Shown: one piece after another, positions 58,017 to 64,000 of the stretch
How the letters are laid out: every line of letters begins with the position of its first letter
How positions within the stretch are numbered: position 1 is the first letter of the stretch
From: Salegentibacter sp.
GTDB lineage: Bacteria; Bacteroidota; Bacteroidia; Flavobacteriales; Flavobacteriaceae
Assembly (NCBI RefSeq): GCF_041642575.1
Contig: NZ_JBEPWD010000001.1
Span: forward strand, 74,749 to 138,748
Direction of reading: 5' to 3'
Length of the DNA stretch: 64,000 nucleotides
Program-made: the position numbers and the translations under genes
Notes under the pieces: generated by a model
Database searches by the model: none
What the model was told of the DNA's origin: nothing
The model's input: only the letters and a program-made list of their open reading frames with translations

Positions 58017-59171
58017 TTAAACTTCGTTTTTTCTCTTGGCTTTATACCATCTTTCGGGGATCACCTGGTTGCAAGCTTCCATGTAATCTTCTTCGCTGCA
58101 AGGTAATAACGTATGGCGTTTTAATTTAGTATTGACATTTGCAAGAAAAGGTATTTCTATCCACCATCTCCCACTCAGAGGGCTTTTATAAAACACCAGA
58201 ACCTCATCATCTATAGGTACCTGATATTTAATAAACTCTTTTTTTGCCGAAATAGTATTTTCATTGGTACGGTAATTTACTCCTTCAATGAAATACCACA
58301 GGATCTGGGCTACCAGCATATCACCCTGACTCCCCATTCCAGGGCTATATTCATACAGCCCAAAGGAGGAAACTTTATCGCTGATTCCAGCATATCTGGA
58401 TAGCGCACAAATTTCTCTGCCATCAAAACCATTCGGCGAAATTCCGGCACCTAAATCTGCAGCATTAACCGCACCCAGGTCTATTCCTACCAAATTGGCA
58501 TCTCTCATTACCGGCTCAACGAGGCTTATATTATTAACTACTTCTCCCAGGCGATAAGCGTCGAAGAACAACCTATCCATTAATTCTATTTCATCCTGCG
58601 AATTGAAATAGGTCTGATATCCCAAATTAGAATAATTAAAAAGATTATAAGGCTGATTTACTACGATTTTTCCTACATAAGAATGATTACTTATAGGCTG
58701 CTCGGCATCGCCAAGGTCGAATCTATGATCTATATTTACCAGGTTCACCATTTGATCCAGGGTGTCGTAGGCGCGATATTGAGCATAAATTAAATCCTGG
58801 CTTCCTCCCAGTATTATTGGAATAATATCCTTTTTCACCAAACCGGACACCAAATTCTGAAGAGCGTAATAGGTGTCTTCTACAGAATCACCTTTTTCAA
58901 TATCTCCAAGGTCAACCATATTCAAATGCCAGTTCCCGGGATAAAGACTATAAAATGCTCTTCGGATATTATTAAAATGAAGCGGATTTTCGCCTTCCTC
59001 GCTCAACCGGTTTTCCTTAACACCTACCAGTGCTATCTGTACATTTTCCAGCTCGGGTAAGCCAGCACTTTCACTATGTATTTGCAGACTACCATTGATA
59101 GCCTGGTTGTTTCCCCCTGACAATTCTTCAATTATTTCAGGGTTGACGGGACTCAGAAATTCTAAATCCAT
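58017..59171 (-). CDS. Arginase/formimidoylglutamase-fold protein with degenerate metal site
   Basis: GGSQDL, NIDHRFD, GIDLGA in place of GGDH, DxHxD, DxD; SPNGFDG, WYFIEG. Confidence 0.8.
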   Translation of the reverse strand: MDLEFLSPVNPEIIEELSGGNNQAINGSLQIHSESAGLPELENVQIALVGVKENRLSEEGENPLHFNNIRRAFYSLYPGNWHLNMVDLGDIEKGDSVEDTYYALQNLVSGLVKKDIIPIILGGSQDLIYAQYRAYDTLDQMVNLVNIDHRFDLGDAEQPISNHSYVGKIVVNQPYNLFNYSNLGYQTYFNSQDEIELMDRLFFDAYRLGEVVNNISLVEPVMRDANLVGIDLGAVNAADLGAGISPNGFDGREICALSRYAGISDKVSSFGLYEYSPGMGSQGDMLVAQILWYFIEGVNYRTNENTISAKKEFIKYQVPIDDEVLVFYKSPLSGRWWIEIPFLANVNTKLKRHTLLPCSEEDYMEACNQVIPERWYKAKRKNEV

Positions 59172-59174
59172 AAA

Positions 59175-61712
59175 TTATTTCTTTTTGGTAGTTTTCTTTT
59201 TAGCAGCAGTCTTTTTAGTAGCTGCTTTTTTCGCCGGAGCCTTTTTCTTTGCTGTTTTCTTTTTTCCTCCCTTTTTTTCCAGGATATCTTTAACTTCCTC
59301 AAGTGTTAGTTTAGTAGCATCCACCGTTTTAGGAAGTTCAATTTTCGTCTTCCCCTTAATAATATTAGAGCGCCCCCAGCGAGCCTTCTCTACCCTTATC
59401 CCTTCATCTTCCCAATTGTGGATCACTTTATCCTTTTCTTTTTGAATCTTGTCCTCAATTAGAGTTTCAATGTCATTGTCTGAGAGATTATCAAAATCGT
59501 ATTTCTTATTTACATTGATGAACATTCCGTTCCATTTTAGAAATGGACCAAATCGACCTACTCCTTTTTGCACAGGCATTCCGTCGTATTCATAAATTGG
59601 AGCATCGGCTTTTTCTTTTTCCTTAATAAGTTCCATAGCACGATCAAACTCTACACTTAAGGGATCTTCTCCTTTTGCCAGCGAAACATATTTTTTGCCG
59701 AATCTCACATAAGGTCCAAAACGGCCGTTATTCACCTCAACGTCTTCTCCTTTATATTCTCCCAAATGCTTCGGAAGCTGGAATAGGTCCATGGCTTCTT
59801 CATAGGTTATGGAATCTAAAGTCTGATCTGGACTCAGGCTGGCGAATTTGGGTTTTTCCTCATCTTCAACTGATCCAATCTGAACCATAGGCCCAAATTT
59901 TCCTAAACGCACACTCACGGGTTTTCCGGTTTCAGGATCCTTTCCTAAAATTCGTTCCCCTACTTCTCTATCAGCGTTCTTGGCAACATCTTCAACCTGC
60001 GGATGGAAGGTTTTGTAGAAATCCTTCATCATCTTGGTCCACTCCTCATTACCTTCAGCAATATCATCAAAATTCTGTTCCACCTTCGCGGTGAAATTAT
60101 AATCCAGGATGTTCGCAAAATGATTAACAAGGAAATCGTTCACTACCATTCCCACTGCCGTAGGGACCAGCTTGCCTTTATCGCTGCCCACGGTTTCGGT
60201 TAAATTCTTTTCTGAGATCTTCTCTTTAGAAAGAACAAACTGAGTATAATCGCGCTCTGTTCCTTCTACCGAGCCTTTATCGATATAATTCCTGTTCTGA
60301 ATAGTAGAAATTGTAGGCGCATAAGTTGACGGCCGGCCAATTCCAAGCTCTTCCAGTTTTTTAACAAGAGAGGCTTCCGTATATCGGTATGGTGGACGTG
60401 TAAACCTTTCGGTGGCGGTTATGTAATTATTTAAAAGCTTCTGATTTTCCTTTAAAGCCGGCAACATTCCGCTTTGTTCCTCGGTCTCTTCATCATCGTG
60501 TCCTTCCAGGTAAACCTTTAGAAAACCGTCAAATTTGATCACTTCACCATTCGCTGTGAACTGTTTATCGTGTTTATTGGCTTCTATTTTAAGGTTGGTA
60601 CGCTCCAATTGGGCTTCGCTCATTTGAGAAGCGATTGCACGTTTCCAGATCAACTCATATAAACGCTGCTGATCTCTGTCGGCATTAACCGTATGATTTT
60701 CGAAGCTGGTTGGGCGAATGGCCTCGTGAGCTTCCTGTGCACCTTTTGTCTTTCCTTTAAAATTCCGTGTTTTCGCGTATTTCTCTCCGTAAGCCTTAAG
60801 AATTTCAGCATTAGCACCTTTTTTAGCGTCGTCTGAAAGGTTAACGCTATCGGTTCTCATATAAGTTATATGACCTGCCTCGTAAAGTCTTTGGGCCATC
60901 GTCATCGTCTTACTTACCGAAAAGTAAAGCTTTCGGGCGGCTTCCTGTTGTAATGTAGAAGTGGTAAAGGGCGGTGCCGGTGATTTTTTAGCGGGTTTGG
61001 TAGTGAGTTCGGCTACTTTAAAGTTAGCACCGAGGTTTTCTTTTAAAAAAGCTTCAGCTTCTTCCCTGGTCTCAAAATTCTTCGGAAGTTTTGCTTTAAA
61101 GGATTTTCCGTCTTCCGTAGTGAACTCAGCATCTATTCTGAAGGAGCCCTCCGGAGTAAAATCCTGGATTTCTCTTTCCCGCTCCACGATCAATCGAACA
61201 GCCACCGATTGCACTCTTCCGGCTGAAAGTCCCCCTTTCACCTTTCTCCATAATACCGGTGAAAGTTCGTACCCCACGAGCCTGTCCAGAACCCTTCTGG
61301 CTTGCTGAGCATTTACCAGGTTATAATTTATTTTCCGCGGATTATCGATAGCTTTAAGAATAGCTGATTTCGTTATCTCATGAAAAACTATACGTTTAGT
61401 TTTTTCGTCCTTAAGATTGAGCTCTTCAGCAAGGTGCCAGGCGATTGCTTCTCCCTCCCGGTCCTCATCACTTGCCAGCCAGACCATTTCGGCATTCTTG
61501 GCAAGGCTCTTTAATTTCTTAACAACGTCTTTTTTATCCTTGGAGACAATATATTTAGGCGTAAAATCCCCTTCTGTATCCACCCCAAGTTCTTTGGTAG
61601 GCAAATCGGCGATATGCCCAAAACTCGAAGCTACTTTATAGTCTTTACCAAGAAACTTTTCTATAGTTTTGGCCTTTGCCGGGGACTCAACGATCACTAA
61701 ATTTTTTGCCAT
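59175..61712 (-). CDS. topA: DNA topoisomerase I
   Basis: LVIVESPAKAKTI, ASDEDREGE, SAGRVQS, ITYMRTDS; C-terminal GRFGP repeats and a Lys-rich tail. Confidence 0.99.
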   Translation of the reverse strand: MAKNLVIVESPAKAKTIEKFLGKDYKVASSFGHIADLPTKELGVDTEGDFTPKYIVSKDKKDVVKKLKSLAKNAEMVWLASDEDREGEAIAWHLAEELNLKDEKTKRIVFHEITKSAILKAIDNPRKINYNLVNAQQARRVLDRLVGYELSPVLWRKVKGGLSAGRVQSVAVRLIVEREREIQDFTPEGSFRIDAEFTTEDGKSFKAKLPKNFETREEAEAFLKENLGANFKVAELTTKPAKKSPAPPFTTSTLQQEAARKLYFSVSKTMTMAQRLYEAGHITYMRTDSVNLSDDAKKGANAEILKAYGEKYAKTRNFKGKTKGAQEAHEAIRPTSFENHTVNADRDQQRLYELIWKRAIASQMSEAQLERTNLKIEANKHDKQFTANGEVIKFDGFLKVYLEGHDDEETEEQSGMLPALKENQKLLNNYITATERFTRPPYRYTEASLVKKLEELGIGRPSTYAPTISTIQNRNYIDKGSVEGTERDYTQFVLSKEKISEKNLTETVGSDKGKLVPTAVGMVVNDFLVNHFANILDYNFTAKVEQNFDDIAEGNEEWTKMMKDFYKTFHPQVEDVAKNADREVGERILGKDPETGKPVSVRLGKFGPMVQIGSVEDEEKPKFASLSPDQTLDSITYEEAMDLFQLPKHLGEYKGEDVEVNNGRFGPYVRFGKKYVSLAKGEDPLSVEFDRAMELIKEKEKADAPIYEYDGMPVQKGVGRFGPFLKWNGMFINVNKKYDFDNLSDNDIETLIEDKIQKEKDKVIHNWEDEGIRVEKARWGRSNIIKGKTKIELPKTVDATKLTLEEVKDILEKKGGKKKTAKKKAPAKKAATKKTAAKKKTTKKK

Positions 61713-61868
61713 AATACTGCATTTTAAAGTTGCAAAAGTATATCAATTTTTTTGTAACCCACATCATGTCTTAACAAAACAACAACAAAGATGTTCGGGA
61801 GGCCCTATCAACAAAGGGACTCCGGAAATACAAAAATTTAAACTGAAAGCCCGGTAAAGGTAGGGAGC

Positions 61869-63452
61869 TTACCGACTTTTTTGATTTATCAGATCGAGCA
61901 GGTCTACGTCATTTCCTAGCAGAACCTCTTCTGAATTTATTCTTCCCTGTGGGGAATCATTTTCAAGTTTGAGCACTCCGCGAGGGCAAACTGCAGAGCA
62001 AATTCCGCAGCCTACACAGCTGGAACGCACAATGTTCTCGCCTTTTTGTGCATAAGCGCGTACGTCAATTCCCATTTCACAATAGGTGGAACAGTTTCCG
62101 CAGGAAATACATTGGCCACCGTTGGTGGTGATCCTGAATTTTGAGAACAAACGCTGCTGCATTCCAAGGATTGCCGCCATAGGGCAACCAAATCTACACC
62201 AAACCCTGTTTCCGAAGATAGGATAAAAGCCAACACCAATTACCCCAGAAAAGGCTGCCCCAATTAAAAATCCGTACCATTGCCGAAGCTGGTATCCGGG
62301 GAAGAAAAAGATATTCCCGTTTCCACTAAAATAATTAATCCCAATGATGGAGAGAATTATAACAAGATAACCCACAGCGCCATATTTAGCATCCTTAGCC
62401 AATTCTTTTCGCTTGAAGATCATGATAGCCGCAAATAATAAGGTAAGAAAGCCGGCAGTTCCCCAAAGGAAAACATCCCGGGTCAACCAGAATTCACCGG
62501 AATTTTCTCCCAAAAATGAATACACCACCGCTATGGTCATCACAACTACGAAAACAAGCACACTATGTATTACCCAACGTTCTACCTTCCAGGCAAAAAG
62601 GGATTTATCTGAAAGATGTCGATAAGGATCCCCAGCCGTTTCGGCCAGACCACCGCAACCACAAACCCAACTACAATACCAGCGTTTTCCGTATTTATAA
62701 GTTAAAATCGGGGTGATCACGAAAATAGCTAACAGCCCCAAAACCAGCATAAACACTCCAAGATTTCCGGCGGAAAGGAATTCGTCAACCTTATATCCGG
62801 CAAAAAGATCATAATTTAGAGGCCAGATATTAGTAGGATTAAAATAAGGTTGATTTAGCCGGACAAGAATTTCGGGAATCAGAAAGGCAAATCCCAGTTG
62901 AAAGAACATCACAGAGTATGTACGAAGAACTTCGTAGCGATTATGACGGTATTTCAGAATAAACTTATAGCCAAAGATGAAAATAGCAAGCGTATAAAGC
63001 GTTCCGTAAACAAACCACTGACTCGCCGGACCACCATTAATAAGGTGACTTAAAGGATCGAAAAGTGAGATCACTCCGGTATTAGAACCCTCTGCCGTAA
63101 GGCCTAAAAATTCAGGATACCAGTACAGTACAATATAAAATAAGGTAAGCGCGATTCCAGTAATCCAGGCCCAAAGGCCGCGGCCTGTCATGGACTTGAA
63201 CCACACGCCGTCGTTCTTTATCCCCATGTGCTTCCCGCGATACAGATCGTTAGCGAAGATCACGGTCCCGACAGTCATCAAGATAAGCGAGAGACTTAAA
63301 AATAAAGTTTTATTCGGAAAATTCACATTAACCAGGGCCAGTACCAGAATAAATAAGCCTATCAGGCCTATTGCACTAGCCAGTTTCTGAGTTCCCGAAA
63401 GTTTAGCCGGGGCCTCACCTGTTAAAGACATATTTCGCTGTATTTTACTCAT
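61869..63452 (-). CDS. Polytopic membrane 4Fe-4S binding protein (NapH/MauN/NosR-like)
   Basis: WYCSWVCGCG and WCRFGCP (CxxxCP-like) motifs plus two ferredoxin motifs CISCGNCSTYCEMG and CVGCGICSAVCP. Confidence 0.88.
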   Translation of the reverse strand: MSKIQRNMSLTGEAPAKLSGTQKLASAIGLIGLFILVLALVNVNFPNKTLFLSLSLILMTVGTVIFANDLYRGKHMGIKNDGVWFKSMTGRGLWAWITGIALTLFYIVLYWYPEFLGLTAEGSNTGVISLFDPLSHLINGGPASQWFVYGTLYTLAIFIFGYKFILKYRHNRYEVLRTYSVMFFQLGFAFLIPEILVRLNQPYFNPTNIWPLNYDLFAGYKVDEFLSAGNLGVFMLVLGLLAIFVITPILTYKYGKRWYCSWVCGCGGLAETAGDPYRHLSDKSLFAWKVERWVIHSVLVFVVVMTIAVVYSFLGENSGEFWLTRDVFLWGTAGFLTLLFAAIMIFKRKELAKDAKYGAVGYLVIILSIIGINYFSGNGNIFFFPGYQLRQWYGFLIGAAFSGVIGVGFYPIFGNRVWCRFGCPMAAILGMQQRLFSKFRITTNGGQCISCGNCSTYCEMGIDVRAYAQKGENIVRSSCVGCGICSAVCPRGVLKLENDSPQGRINSEEVLLGNDVDLLDLINQKSR

Positions 63453-64000
63453 ACGTGCTTTAGATCTTCTTTAAAACTATTGAAAATTTCCTTTTCATAA
63501 CTATCATAAAATTCAGGGTCGAAATTGGCTTGCTTTAAATTGGCCAGAACATAATCTATCTTTCGGTTCTCATTCAGCCATTTATCAAAAACAGCGTGAC
63601 GCATTCTAATCCCGAAAGTATTAATACCTAAGAATTTATTACTATTTGACTCAAATGCAATAGTAATGGCCTTGGTATTATCTTTATGCTGCCAGTGAAA
63701 ATGTAATTCGCCCTTTGGAGGATCTGCCGAAACCTTCCCATAAGTCATGAATTCAATATCAAAAAATTTCGCCGAATTAAACCAATTCCCGGGATTATAT
63801 TTTTTTGGATTTCCGGTAAGGGTCTGAGCAAGGGTTTCCCCCATTATCCTTCCGGTGTACCAAACAGCTTCAATCGAATTCCGATTAGATTGGGGCTCTT
63901 TTAGTTGCACACAATCACCTATGGCATAAACATCACTGATATTAGTTTCTAAATATTCATCCACCAGGAATCCTCTTTCGGTTTCGAGTTCCGAATCTTT
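63449..64000 (-). CDS. NAD(P)/FAD-dependent oxidoreductase, C-terminal part (starts beyond window)
   Basis: Frame stays open to base 64000 (KDSELETERGFLVDEY); TNISDVYAIGDC FAD-binding motif. Confidence 0.85.
   Translation of the reverse strand, partial: KDSELETERGFLVDEYLETNISDVYAIGDCVQLKEPQSNRNSIEAVWYTGRIMGETLAQTLTGNPKKYNPGNWFNSAKFFDIEFMTYGKVSADPPKGELHFHWQHKDNTKAITIAFESNSNKFLGINTFGIRMRHAVFDKWLNENRKIDYVLANLKQANFDPEFYDSYEKEIFNSFKEDLKHV

Noticed and set aside
59150-59168. TTCTAAAT half-site at the start of the arginase-fold gene as another Fur-like box
   Set aside because: The left half does not match and it lies within coding sequence.

Overview
A 64 kb, mostly core-genome stretch of a Flavobacteriaceae (Bacteroidota) chromosome. 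The assignment rests on gldKLMN, a T9SS CTD protein, TAnnTTTG/-33 TTTG promoters and very acidic surface lipoproteins; a marine Salinimicrobium/Gillisia/Salegentibacter-like lineage is my guess. Core content: polA (5'-truncated), rplM-rpsI-rpsB-tsf, a tRNA m6A37 methyltransferase, glutaryl-CoA dehydrogenase, an Fe-S/redox operon (mrp-nfu-FNR-ferredoxin plus a Cys-rich mini-ORF), trmB, a PhoB/PhoR-like two-component pair divergent from a beta-helix lipoprotein + TonB-dependent receptor, tyrS, pyrC, hemD, pckA, saccharopine dehydrogenase, ferritin, tRNA-fMet, an RND efflux system, an ABC-F protein, gldKLMN, topA, and the 3' end of an FAD-oxidoreductase/4Fe-4S membrane protein operon. An AT-rich patch of orphan genes at about 37.3-43.2 kb holds a minimal LuxR, a hydrolase and a BLUF protein. 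I found no CRISPR array, transposase, integrase or prophage. Best leads: (1) a shared 19-bp palindrome (Fur-like box) linking the Fe-S operon, which ends in an uncharacterised CC-x8-C-x2-C mini-protein, to an uncharacterised gene and ferritin; (2) a candidate Pho-regulated, non-SusD lipoprotein/TBDR uptake system with 11-bp-phased TAAnnT boxes; (3) several cis-regulatory RNA/uORF candidates. Family names were recognised by eye from motifs, not from database searches.
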